Assembly: GCF_000017845.1 (NCBI RefSeq)
Contig: NC_010541.1
Coordinates: 1 to 31,856, forward strand
Direction: 5' to 3'
DNA: 31,856 bases
Source: Crocosphaera subtropica ATCC 51142
GTDB taxonomy: Bacteria > Cyanobacteriota > Cyanobacteriia > Cyanobacteriales > Microcystaceae
The notes beneath the pieces were generated by a model. That model was not told the origin of the DNA. It was given only the letters and a program-made list of their open reading frames with translations, and searched no databases. The position numbers were made by a program, and so were the translations under genes. Within the stretch, counting starts at the first letter, position 1; the number at the start of each line of letters is the position of its first letter. Below are positions 22,275 to 31,856 of this stretch, in pieces.

Positions 22275-25200
22275 ATGGCACTTAGACAATGGGATGGAGA
22301 CGAAGGTAATGGTCTCTGGAGTTTCGCAAGGAACTGGGACAATGATACTCCACTTGCAGATAATGATGACATTCAAATCGGAGCAGGTTTTGGGACGACT
22401 ATCTTTAATGGTCAAATTAATGGTCAAAATACCTTAACAATTGGCACTTTAACGTCTCAAAGTGCTTTAGAAGTCTCAGCAGGAACACTAACGGCTACTA
22501 ACACCTTTGATGTTGATGATAATCTCACCATAAGCAATGGGACTCTTGAGCTTAATGGAACAAGTACCGTTAATACCTTTACGCAAACAGGTGGCACTTT
22601 ACAAGGTAGCGGAGTCTTAACCATTAGTGGAAATGCTGAGTGGGACGGAGGAAACCAAAGAGGAACAGGTATCACTGAAGTTGACGGGACTCTGACCTTT
22701 GGGGGAGTCGGACAAAAGATTTTAGGGGGTAGTGGAGAGTCAAGAACCCTAGAAATTAATAATGGAGCTATTTGGAATACCACCAGTAGTCTATTCTTAC
22801 AGGGTGACTCCATCATCAACAATAATACAGGGTCAACTTTTGATATCCAAGAAGATAGTACAGGCTTTATTGGTATCTTCAATAGTATCGGCACCAATAA
22901 TACCTTTAATAACGCTGGAACCCTAGTCAAGTCAGCAGGGGATGACCGTTTTATTATTGATATTGTCTTTAACAACACAGGAACCGTTCAAGCCACCAAT
23001 GGCATTTTAGACTTAGGGGGAGGTGGCGACCATAGTGGAGACTTTGAAGGAACCGCTACCTTAGAATTTGGAGGGGGAACCCATAATCTCAACAGTGGTA
23101 GCAGTGTGACGGCTTCAGATGTTGATATTACTGGTGGTACCGTTAATGTCAATACAGGAGCTACCTACAACACGAACAGAACCGATGTTAGTTTCGGGAC
23201 ATGGGAAATTGCCAATGCTGCTACCATCGGCACAGGGAGTCAAAGTGGTGGCACTATAACAGGGGCAGGAAACCTGCAAGTTACAGGAGACTTCGACTGG
23301 AACGGAGGAAACCAGAATGGTACAGGCACCACTGAAGTCGATGGCACTCTCACCTTTGGGGGAACCGGACAAAAGATTTTAGGAGCCTTTGGAGAGTCAA
23401 GAACCCTAGACATTAATAATGGAGCCATTTGGGAGACCACTGGTAACTTATTGTTACAAGGTGGCTCTATTATCAATAACAATGTGGGGTCAACCTTTAA
23501 TATTCAAGAAGACAGCACGGGCTTTATTGGTATCTTGAATGGTGGTGCAGGGGGAGGAACCTTTAATAACGCCGGAACCCTAGTTAAGTCAGCAGGGGAT
23601 GACCGTTTTGCCATTGATATTGTCTTTAACAACACAGGAACCGTTCAAGCCACCAATGGCATTTTAGACTTAGGGGGAGGTGGCGACCATAGTGGAGACT
23701 TTGAAGGAACCGCTACCTTAGAATTTGGAGGGGGAACCCATAATCTCAACAGTGGTAGCAGTGTGACGGCTTCAGATGTTGATATTACTGGTGGTACCGT
23801 TAATGTCAATACAGGAGCTACCTACAACACGAACAGAACCGATGTTAGTTTCGGGACATGGGAAATTGCCAATGCTGCTACCATCGGCACAGGGAGTCAA
23901 AGTGGTGGCACTATAACAGGGGCAGGAAACCTGCAAGTTACAGGAGACTTCGACTGGAACGGAGGAAACCAGAATGGTACAGGCACCACTGAAGTCGATG
24001 GCACTCTCACCTTTGGGGGAACCGGACAAAAGATTTTAGGAGCCTTTGGAGAGTCAAGAACCCTAGACATTAATAATGGGGCCATTTGGGAGACCACTGG
24101 TAACTTATTGTTACAAGGTGGCTCTATTATCAATAACAATGTGGGGTCAACCTTTAATATTCAAGAAGACAGCACGGGCTTTATTGGTATCTTGAATGGT
24201 GGTGCAGGGGGAGGAACCTTTAATAACGCCGGAACCCTAGTTAAGTCAGCAGGGGATGACCGTTTTGCCATTGATATTGTCTTTAACAACACAGGAACCG
24301 TTCAAGCCACCAATGGCATTTTAGACTTAGGGGGAGGTGGCGACCATAGTGGAGACTTTGAAGGAACCGCTACCTTAGAATTTGGAGGGGGAACCCATAA
24401 TCTCAACAGTGGTAGCAGTGTGACGGCTTCAGATGTTGATATTACTGGTGGTACCGTTAATGTCAATACAGGAGCTACCTACAACACGAACAGAACCGAT
24501 GTTAGTTTCGGGACATGGGAAATTGCCAATGCTGCTACCATCGGCACAGGGAGTCAAAGTGGTGGCACTATAACAGGGGCAGGAAACCTGCAAGTTACAG
24601 GAGACTTCGACTGGAACGGAGGAAACCAGAATGGTACAGGCACCACTGAAGTCGATGGCACTCTCACCTTTGGGGGAACCGGACAAAAGATTTTAGGAGC
24701 CTTTGGAGAGTCAAGAACCCTAGACATTAATAATGGGGCCATTTGGGAGACCACTGGTAACTTATTGTTACAAGGTGGCTCTATTATCAATAACAATGTG
24801 GGGTCAACCTTTAATATTCAAGAAGACAGCACGGGCTTTATTGGTATCTTGAATGGTGGTGCAGGGGGAGGAACCTTTAATAACGCCGGAACCCTAGTTA
24901 AGTCAGCAGGAGATGACCGTTTTGCCATTGATATTGTCTTTAACAACACAGGAACCGTTCAAGCCACCAATGGCATTTTAGACTTAGGGGGAGGTGGCGA
25001 CCATAGTGGAGACTTTGAAGGAACCGCTACCTTAGAATTTGGAGGGGGAACCCATAACCTCAGTAGTAATACCACCGTCTCTGTTCCCAATGTTATTTTT
25101 AGTGCTGGCACAACCAATTTAGCGGGAGACTATGTCTTACCCAGTGGCGGTACCACAACCGTTTCAGGAGGAACAGCCAACTTTACGGGAACGATTACAG

Positions 25201-28200
25201 GTAATAGTATCGGCGATGTTACTCTCAGTTTTGGGACACTGAACCTAAGTACAGGGAGTGCAGTAACAGCCACCAGTCTTGTCCAAACAGGGGGAACTCT
25301 TACTGGTAGCGATGATTTGACTGTCACAGGAGACTTCGACTGGAACGGAGGAAACCAGAATGGTACAGGCACCACTGAAGTCGATGGCACTCTCACCTTT
25401 GGGGGAACCGGACAAAAGATTTTAGGAGCCTTTGGAGAGTCAAGAACCCTAGACATTAATAATGGGGCCATTTGGGAGACCACTGGTAACTTATTGTTAC
25501 AAGGTGGCTCTATTATCAATAACAATGTGGGGTCAACCTTTAATATTCAAGAAGACAGCACGGGCTTTATTGGTATCTTGAATGGTGGTGCAGGGGGAGG
25601 AACCTTTAATAACGCCGGAACCCTAGTTAAGTCAGCAGGAGATGACCGTTTTGCCATTGATATTGTCTTTAACAACACAGGAACCGTTCAAGCCACCAAT
25701 GGCATTTTAGACTTAGGGGGAGGTGGCGACCATAGTGGAGACTTTGAAGGAACCGCTACCTTAGAATTTGGAGGGGGAACCCATAACCTCAGTAGTAATA
25801 CCACCGTCTCTGTTCCCAATGTTATTTTTAGTGCTGGCACAACCAATTTAGCGGGAGACTATGTCTTACCCAGTGGCGGTACCACAACCGTTTCAGGAGG
25901 AACAGCCAACTTTACGGGAACGATTACAGGTAATAGTATCGGCGATGTTACTCTCAGTTTTGGGACACTGAACCTAAGTACAGGGAGTGCAGTAACAGCC
26001 ACCAGTCTTGTCCAAACAGGGGGAACTCTTACTGGTAGCGATGATTTGACTGTCACAGGAGACTTCGACTGGAACGGAGGAAACCAGAATGGTACAGGCA
26101 CCACTGAAGTCGATGGCACTCTCACCTTTGGGGGAACCGGACAAAAGATTTTAGGAGCCTTTGGAGAGTCAAGAACCCTAGACATTAATAATGGAGCCAT
26201 TTGGGAGACCACTGGTAACTTATTGTTACAAGGTGGCTCTATTATCAATAACAATGTGGGGTCAACCTTTAATATTCAAGAAGACAGCACGGGCTTTATT
26301 GGTATCTTGAATGGTGGTGCAGGGGGAGGAACCTTTAATAACGCCGGAACCCTAGTTAAGTCAGCAGGGGATGATAACTTCACTATTAACATTGATTTCA
26401 ACAATACAGGGACAGTTTCAGCCAATAATGGTATTTTAACTTTCAGTGACAACTATACTCAAAGTGCAGGAGATACTCGCCTCGATGGTGGAAGCATTGT
26501 TGTTAGTTCTAATCCCCTGGATATTAATGCAGGGAATGTCTCTGGTTTTGGTAGTATTGATGGGGATATTGATAACGACGCAGGGAGGATTACCCCTGGT
26601 TTATCGGTAGGTGATATTGCAATGTTAAATATCACAGGGGACTATAGCGAAACCGATTTCTCTAACATTGACATTGAAATTGGTGGCCTCACTAATTTCG
26701 ATATCCTTGATATTGACGGGACAGCAACTTTAGATGGTACTGTCAACGTTAGCTTGGTTAATGGTTTTACCCCAACCCTCGGTCAAACCTTTGAAATTAT
26801 TACCTTTGATTCGGCTCCTGATATTGCCACGAATCTTTCCTTTAGTGGGTTAGATATTGGTGGAGGATTAGCATTCGCTCCTGTGTTTAATACCAATGAC
26901 TTGAGCCTAGTCGTAGTAGAAACCGCAGCCTTATCTGTCAGTGATGTCATTATTTCAGAAGGAGATAATGGAACCACCAATGCAACCTTTAACGTTACCC
27001 TGAATGGTGAGACGGATGCCTTCGATGTTGATTTTGCAACAGTTGACAGCACGGCAACGGTGGCAGATGGTGACTATATAGCTAATAGTGGCACCCTAAG
27101 CTTTGATGGCACAGATGGTCAGACTCGCACCGTTACGGTTCAGGTGAATGGGGATAATAAGGTAGAGCTAAATGAAACCTTTGACCTCGTTCTCAGTAAC
27201 CTTCAAGGTAATGGAACGTTACCAGTTCTCGTGTCTGGCACTGGCACTATCAATAATGATGATAGTGCTAACATCAGCATTGACAATGTGACCCAAAGTG
27301 AAGGAAATAATGGCACAACGCCTTTTACCTTTACTGTTACCCTCAACAATGAAGTGGATACTGGGTTATCAGTGGACTTTGCTACCGCCAATGGTTCAGC
27401 CACTGTGGCCAATAATGATTATCAAGCTACCAACGGAACCCTCAACTTTACAGGGAATGCAGGGGAAACCCAAACCATTACGGTTGACGTAGTCGGAGAT
27501 ACTACCGTTGAACCGGATGAAACGTTTGTGGTCAACCTCAATAACCTGCAAGCTAACGGACGGAATATTATTCTGAGTGACTCGCAAGGGATTGGAACCA
27601 TTGAAAATGATGATGGAGCCAATCTTTCCATCACTAATGTTAACTTAGTCGAAGGAGATAATGGGACTCAGCAATTTGTCTTCAGCGTTACTCTCAGCAA
27701 CACTATTAGTGGCGGTGCAACGGTTGATTTTACCACTGCTGACAACACAGCTACAACCACTGATAACGACTATACTGCCACCAGTGGCACGTTGACTTTT
27801 AGCGGTAATGCAGGGGAAGTTGAAACCATTACCGTTGACGTAATTGGAGATACTGAAGTAGAACTGAATGAAACCTTCTTGGTTAATCTTTCTAATGCGT
27901 CGTCAGGAGTAACCATTGCTGATGGACAGGGAACGGGAACCATTGTTAATGATGATGCTGCCAGCTTAAGTATTAGCGATGTCACTCTCAGCGAAGGAAA
28001 CAACGGCACTCAACTCTATACCTTTACCGTCACCTTAGATGAAGCGGTTGATACAGGGTTTACGGTTGATTATGCTACAGCCAACAATACAGCTAGTATA
28101 GGAGATGGTGACTACACGGCGGTTAATGGCACTTTAAGCTTTGATGGAAACGCAGGGGAAACCCAAACCATTACGGTTGAAGTGAATGGAGATAACAAAG

Positions 28201-31200
28201 TAGAACTCGATGAAACCTTCTTTGTTAATCTCTCTAATCTACAAAACAGTGGTCGCAATGTTGTTATTACTGACGGACAAGGTGTTGGAACCATTAGCAA
28301 CGACGATAGTGCTTCTTTGAGTATTAACAACGTCACTCAAAGCGAAGGGAACAGTGGCACCACTGCTTATACTTTCGATGTCACCTTAGATAACGAAGTG
28401 GACACAGGGTTATCCCTTGACTTTGACACAGCCGATAATACGGCAACCGTTGCTGATAATGATTACACGGCTAACAGTGGAACCCTCAACTTTACAGGGA
28501 ATGCAGGAGAAGTCCAAACCATCACCGTTGAAGTGAATGGAGATACTAAGGTTGAACCCAATGAAGCGTTCTTGGTTAACCTGTCTAACCTCAATGCTAA
28601 TGGCCGTGATGTAACGATTAGCGATGCTCAAGGCATTGGAACCATTGAAAACGATGATGGTGCCGGCTTCTCTATCAGTAACGCCACCGTAACAGAAGGG
28701 GATAATGGCACTCAAACCTTAACCTTTGATGTCACCCTCAATAATGCTGTTAGTGGTGGCGCAAGTGTGGACTTTGACACAGCAGACGGAACAGCCACCA
28801 CAGCAGATGGGGATTATACGGCTAATAGTGGCACTCTAACCTTTGCTGGTAATGCAGGGGAAACCCAAACTATTACGGTTGAAGTGAATGGAGATAACAA
28901 GGTTGAACTCAATGAAACCATCTTGGTTAACCTTTCTAATGCCATCGGAGCCGATATTGTAGATGGACAGGGAACAGGAACCATTGTTAATGACGATAGT
29001 GCTTCTTTGAGTATTAACAACGTCACTCAAAGCGAAGGAAATAGTAACACCACTATCTTTACCTTCGATGTCACCCTAGATAACGCAGTGGATACAGGGT
29101 TATCCCTTGACTTTGACACAGCCGATAATACGGCAACCGTTGCTGATAATGATTACACGGCTAACAGTGGAACCCTCAACTTTACAGGGAATGCAGGGGA
29201 AGTCCAAACCATCACCGTTGAAGTTAATGGAGACACCATCGTTGAACCCAATGAAGATTTCTTGGTTAACCTGTCTAACCTCAATGCTAATGGCCGTGAT
29301 GTAACGATTAGCGATGCTCAAGGCATTGGAACCATTGAAAACGATGATGGTGCCGGCTTCTCTATCAGTAACGCCACCGTCACCGAAGGGGATAATGGCA
29401 CTCAAACCTTAACCTTTGATGTCACCCTCAATAATGCTGTTAGTGGTGGCGCAAGTGTGGACTTTGACACAGCAGACGGAACAGCCACCACAGCAGATGG
29501 GGATTATACGGCTAATAGTGGCACTCTAACCTTTGCTGGTAATGCAGGGGAAACCCAAACTATTACGGTTGAAGTGAATGGAGATAACAAGGTTGAACTC
29601 AATGAAACCATCTTGGTTAACCTTTCTAATGCCATCGGAGCCGATATTGTAGATGGACAGGGAACAGGAACCATTGTTAATGACGATAGTGCTTCTTTGA
29701 GTATTAACAACGTCACTCAAAGCGAAGGAAATAGTAACACCACTATCTTTACCTTCGATGTCACCCTAGATAACGCAGTGGATACAGGGTTATCCCTTGA
29801 CTTTGACACAGCCGATAATACGGCAACCGTTGCTGATAATGATTACACGGCTAACAGTGGAACCCTCAACTTTACAGGGAATGCAGGGGAAGTCCAAACC
29901 ATCACCGTTGAAGTTAATGGAGACACCATCGTTGAACCCAATGAAGATTTCTTGGTTAACCTGTCTAACCTCAATGCTAATGGCCGTGATGTAACGATTA
30001 GCGATGCTCAAGGCATTGGAACCATTGAAAACGATGATGGTGCCGGCTTCTCTATCAGTAACGCCACCGTAACAGAAGGGGATAATGGCACTCAAACCTT
30101 AACCTTTGATGTCACCCTCAATAATGCTGTTAGTGGTGGCGCAAGTGTGGACTTTGACACAGCAGACGGAACAGCCACCACAGCAGATGGGGATTATACG
30201 GCTAATAGTGGCACTCTAACCTTTGCTGGTAATGCAGGGGAAACCCAAACTATTACGGTTGAAGTGAATGGAGATAACAAGGTTGAACTCAATGAAACCA
30301 TCTTGGTTAACCTTTCTAATGCCATCGGAGCCGATATTCTAGATGGACAGGGAACAGGAACCATCAACAACGATGATAGTGCATCTATCAGTATCAACAA
30401 TGTTAGTCAAGCAGAAGGAAATAGTAACACCACTATCTTTACCTTCGATGTCACCCTAGATAACGCAGTGGATACAGGGTTATCCCTTGACTTTGACACA
30501 GCCGATGATACGGCAACCGTTGCTGATAATGATTACACAGCTAATAATGGCACCCTTAACTTTACAGGGAATGCAGGGGAAGTCCAAACCCTTACCGTTG
30601 AAGTTAATGGAGACACCATCGTTGAACCCAATGAAGATTTCTTGGTTAACCTGTCTAACCTCAATGCTAATGGCCGTGATGTAACGATTAGTGAGGCTCA
30701 AGGCATTGGAACCATTGAAAACGATGATGGTGCCGGCTTCTCTATCAGTAACGCCACCGTCACCGAAGGGGATAATGGCACTCAAACCTTAACCTTTGAT
30801 GTCACCCTCAATAATGCTGTTAGTGGTGGCGCAAGTGTGGACTTTGACACAGCAGACGGAACAGCCACCACAGCAGATGGGGATTATACGGCTAATAGTG
30901 GCACTCTAACCTTTGCTGGTAATGCAGGGGAAACCCAAACTATTACGGTTGAAGTGAATGGAGATAACAAGGTTGAACTCAATGAAACCATCTTGGTTAA
31001 CCTTTCTAATGCCATCGGAGCCGATATTGTAGATGGACAGGGAACAGGAACCATTGTTAATGACGATAGTGCTTCTTTGAGTATTAACAACGTCACTCAA
31101 AGCGAAGGAAATAGTGGCACCACTGCTTATACTTTTGATGTCACCTTAGATAACGAAGTGGACACAGGGTTATCCCTTGACTTTGACACAGCCGATGATA

Positions 31201-31856
31201 CGGCAACCGTTGCTGATAATGATTACACAGCTAATAATGGCACCCTTAACTTTACAGGGAATGCAGGGGAAGTCCAAACCCTTACCGTTGAAGTGAATGG
31301 AGACACCATCGTTGAACCCAATGAAGATTTCTTGGTTAACCTGTCTAACCTCAATGCTAATGGCCGTGATGTAACGATTAGTGAGGCTCAAGGCATTGGA
31401 ACCATTGAAAACGATGATGTACCTTCAGGTCCGATAGAAATCAATGGCACACCCGGTCGAGATAACCTGATTGGAACTGCTGAAAGTGAAATTATTACTG
31501 GGTTTGCAGGTAGTGATATGCTGACTGGTATGGGAGGCGGTGACGTGTTTGCTTTCCAAAATGTTGATGATGGCTTAGATTTAATTTCTGATTTTGAATT
31601 AGGTCTAGATGTTATTGATCTCTCGCAACTCCTTAGTAACGACACTGACTTTAACCCGTTTGGTCAAAATCCCCTTGACTTAGGCTATGTACAAATCGGT
31701 TCCTTTGCTGGATTTACCACCATCGGCATTGATATAGATGGCTCGGCTGGTGCTAATAGTTATGTCAGAACCTTGGCGGTTGTACAGGGAACAGGTGTTG
31801 ATCCCAATACCCTTAACGATCCCAATAACTTTATTTTTGCTTCTGCTCTTGATTAA
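22275..31856 (+). CDS. Giant (3193 aa) repetitive T1SS-type surface/adhesin-like protein: beta-helix-like repeats + 13 Calx-beta domains + RTX nonapeptides + C-terminal secretion target
   Basis: AGGAG at 22264-22268 and no signal peptide. N-terminal Gly/Asn/Thr-rich ~219/243-aa repeats. 13 units with the Calx-beta pattern (D.A/T.DGTAT..DYTA.SGTL.F.GNAGE.QTITV.V.GD..VE.NE.F.V.LSN). The C-terminus has GTPGRDNLI GTAESEIIT GFAGSDMLT GMGGGDVFA nonapeptides. Then DLISDFELGLDVIDLSQLL, which resembles the VC_A0849-type T1SS C-terminal target domain. Confidence 0.9.
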   Translation: MALRQWDGDEGNGLWSFARNWDNDTPLADNDDIQIGAGFGTTIFNGQINGQNTLTIGTLTSQSALEVSAGTLTATNTFDVDDNLTISNGTLELNGTSTVNTFTQTGGTLQGSGVLTISGNAEWDGGNQRGTGITEVDGTLTFGGVGQKILGGSGESRTLEINNGAIWNTTSSLFLQGDSIINNNTGSTFDIQEDSTGFIGIFNSIGTNNTFNNAGTLVKSAGDDRFIIDIVFNNTGTVQATNGILDLGGGGDHSGDFEGTATLEFGGGTHNLNSGSSVTASDVDITGGTVNVNTGATYNTNRTDVSFGTWEIANAATIGTGSQSGGTITGAGNLQVTGDFDWNGGNQNGTGTTEVDGTLTFGGTGQKILGAFGESRTLDINNGAIWETTGNLLLQGGSIINNNVGSTFNIQEDSTGFIGILNGGAGGGTFNNAGTLVKSAGDDRFAIDIVFNNTGTVQATNGILDLGGGGDHSGDFEGTATLEFGGGTHNLNSGSSVTASDVDITGGTVNVNTGATYNTNRTDVSFGTWEIANAATIGTGSQSGGTITGAGNLQVTGDFDWNGGNQNGTGTTEVDGTLTFGGTGQKILGAFGESRTLDINNGAIWETTGNLLLQGGSIINNNVGSTFNIQEDSTGFIGILNGGAGGGTFNNAGTLVKSAGDDRFAIDIVFNNTGTVQATNGILDLGGGGDHSGDFEGTATLEFGGGTHNLNSGSSVTASDVDITGGTVNVNTGATYNTNRTDVSFGTWEIANAATIGTGSQSGGTITGAGNLQVTGDFDWNGGNQNGTGTTEVDGTLTFGGTGQKILGAFGESRTLDINNGAIWETTGNLLLQGGSIINNNVGSTFNIQEDSTGFIGILNGGAGGGTFNNAGTLVKSAGDDRFAIDIVFNNTGTVQATNGILDLGGGGDHSGDFEGTATLEFGGGTHNLSSNTTVSVPNVIFSAGTTNLAGDYVLPSGGTTTVSGGTANFTGTITGNSIGDVTLSFGTLNLSTGSAVTATSLVQTGGTLTGSDDLTVTGDFDWNGGNQNGTGTTEVDGTLTFGGTGQKILGAFGESRTLDINNGAIWETTGNLLLQGGSIINNNVGSTFNIQEDSTGFIGILNGGAGGGTFNNAGTLVKSAGDDRFAIDIVFNNTGTVQATNGILDLGGGGDHSGDFEGTATLEFGGGTHNLSSNTTVSVPNVIFSAGTTNLAGDYVLPSGGTTTVSGGTANFTGTITGNSIGDVTLSFGTLNLSTGSAVTATSLVQTGGTLTGSDDLTVTGDFDWNGGNQNGTGTTEVDGTLTFGGTGQKILGAFGESRTLDINNGAIWETTGNLLLQGGSIINNNVGSTFNIQEDSTGFIGILNGGAGGGTFNNAGTLVKSAGDDNFTINIDFNNTGTVSANNGILTFSDNYTQSAGDTRLDGGSIVVSSNPLDINAGNVSGFGSIDGDIDNDAGRITPGLSVGDIAMLNITGDYSETDFSNIDIEIGGLTNFDILDIDGTATLDGTVNVSLVNGFTPTLGQTFEIITFDSAPDIATNLSFSGLDIGGGLAFAPVFNTNDLSLVVVETAALSVSDVIISEGDNGTTNATFNVTLNGETDAFDVDFATVDSTATVADGDYIANSGTLSFDGTDGQTRTVTVQVNGDNKVELNETFDLVLSNLQGNGTLPVLVSGTGTINNDDSANISIDNVTQSEGNNGTTPFTFTVTLNNEVDTGLSVDFATANGSATVANNDYQATNGTLNFTGNAGETQTITVDVVGDTTVEPDETFVVNLNNLQANGRNIILSDSQGIGTIENDDGANLSITNVNLVEGDNGTQQFVFSVTLSNTISGGATVDFTTADNTATTTDNDYTATSGTLTFSGNAGEVETITVDVIGDTEVELNETFLVNLSNASSGVTIADGQGTGTIVNDDAASLSISDVTLSEGNNGTQLYTFTVTLDEAVDTGFTVDYATANNTASIGDGDYTAVNGTLSFDGNAGETQTITVEVNGDNKVELDETFFVNLSNLQNSGRNVVITDGQGVGTISNDDSASLSINNVTQSEGNSGTTAYTFDVTLDNEVDTGLSLDFDTADNTATVADNDYTANSGTLNFTGNAGEVQTITVEVNGDTKVEPNEAFLVNLSNLNANGRDVTISDAQGIGTIENDDGAGFSISNATVTEGDNGTQTLTFDVTLNNAVSGGASVDFDTADGTATTADGDYTANSGTLTFAGNAGETQTITVEVNGDNKVELNETILVNLSNAIGADIVDGQGTGTIVNDDSASLSINNVTQSEGNSNTTIFTFDVTLDNAVDTGLSLDFDTADNTATVADNDYTANSGTLNFTGNAGEVQTITVEVNGDTIVEPNEDFLVNLSNLNANGRDVTISDAQGIGTIENDDGAGFSISNATVTEGDNGTQTLTFDVTLNNAVSGGASVDFDTADGTATTADGDYTANSGTLTFAGNAGETQTITVEVNGDNKVELNETILVNLSNAIGADIVDGQGTGTIVNDDSASLSINNVTQSEGNSNTTIFTFDVTLDNAVDTGLSLDFDTADNTATVADNDYTANSGTLNFTGNAGEVQTITVEVNGDTIVEPNEDFLVNLSNLNANGRDVTISDAQGIGTIENDDGAGFSISNATVTEGDNGTQTLTFDVTLNNAVSGGASVDFDTADGTATTADGDYTANSGTLTFAGNAGETQTITVEVNGDNKVELNETILVNLSNAIGADILDGQGTGTINNDDSASISINNVSQAEGNSNTTIFTFDVTLDNAVDTGLSLDFDTADDTATVADNDYTANNGTLNFTGNAGEVQTLTVEVNGDTIVEPNEDFLVNLSNLNANGRDVTISEAQGIGTIENDDGAGFSISNATVTEGDNGTQTLTFDVTLNNAVSGGASVDFDTADGTATTADGDYTANSGTLTFAGNAGETQTITVEVNGDNKVELNETILVNLSNAIGADIVDGQGTGTIVNDDSASLSINNVTQSEGNSGTTAYTFDVTLDNEVDTGLSLDFDTADDTATVADNDYTANNGTLNFTGNAGEVQTLTVEVNGDTIVEPNEDFLVNLSNLNANGRDVTISEAQGIGTIENDDVPSGPIEINGTPGRDNLIGTAESEIITGFAGSDMLTGMGGGDVFAFQNVDDGLDLISDFELGLDVIDLSQLLSNDTDFNPFGQNPLDLGYVQIGSFAGFTTIGIDIDGSAGANSYVRTLAVVQGTGVDPNTLNDPNNFIFASALD
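22629..26400 (+). repeat. Near-identical in-frame tandem repeats: 657-bp units then 729-bp units
   Basis: The landmark GGAGACTTCGACTGG recurs at 23286, 23943, 24600 (period 657) and at 25329, 26058 (period 729). A diverged first unit starts at 22629. Near-identity begins ~22958 and is lost ~26365. Confidence 0.95.
26925..31418 (+). repeat. Array of 13 Calx-beta-like domains; the last nine form a 690-bp two-domain higher-order repeat
   Basis: Domain starts read ALSVSDV, ANISIDNV, ANLSITNV, ASLSISDV, then alternating ASLSINNV / AGFSISNA. The landmark GCTTCTTTGA recurs at 28311, 29001, 29691, (30381 variant) and 31071, a 690-bp period. Confidence 0.9.

Noticed and set aside
22457-31645. About 35 ORFs of 63-173 aa in the track overlapping the giant gene, mostly minus-strand plus a few plus-strand, many in identical copies (for example 23115-23372, 23772-24029, 24429-24686)
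   Set aside because: They recur only because the underlying coding repeats recur with 657-, 729- and 690-bp periods. They lie wholly inside a 9.6-kb ORF with clear domain content, and they have Pro/Val/Ser-rich compositions typical of translating Gly/Thr/Asn-rich codons in the wrong frame or strand.
1-31856. Search by eye for tRNA, rRNA, group II intron or HIP1-type (GCGATCGC) repeats
   Set aside because: No cloverleaf-like or rRNA-like segments were recognised in the intergenic regions. Only a partial HIP1-like CGATCGCG was seen near 17727. A tRNAscan/Infernal run would be needed for certainty.

Overview
AT-rich window that reads like a complete or nearly complete mobilisable cyanobacterial plasmid. 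That call rests on PEP-CTERM, HspA-type Hsp20 and CyRepA-like Rep signatures and is inference only. Backbone, in order: a small deviant-Walker ParA plus an RHH ParG-like partner, bracketed by inverted arrays of an 8-bp iteron. An excisionase-type HTH protein. A 1249-aa Zn-finger/Toprim/P-loop replication primase-helicase. A Doc/AbrB-type toxin-antitoxin (TA) pair. A MobF (TrwC-like) relaxase-helicase with a small accessory ORF. A strongly diverged actin-like ATPase with an RHH-like, acidic-tailed partner. An HNH endonuclease, an Hsp20, and a Gln-rich repeat protein. A TetR / PNPOx-like / alpha-beta hydrolase cassette with palindromic operators. A zeta-like P-loop kinase with an overlapping small ORF. 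A frameshifted PIN (VapC) with an intact RHH antitoxin. A tyrosine recombinase preceded by a dif/cer-like site. Cargo: a PEP-CTERM protein and a 3193-aa type I secretion (T1SS)-type surface protein. The giant protein is built from near-identical 657/729-bp repeats, 13 Calx-beta domains in a 690-bp higher-order repeat, RTX nonapeptides and a T1SS C-terminal target motif. I saw no rRNA, tRNA or CRISPR array. Best candidates for undescribed biology: the actin-like two-gene module next to a repeat-rich region; the iteron-bracketed par locus; the TTGTTSAACAA / TGTNATACA repeat modules flanking the TetR cassette; and the recombination-prone giant gene. All functional calls come from motif reading by eye; no searches were run.
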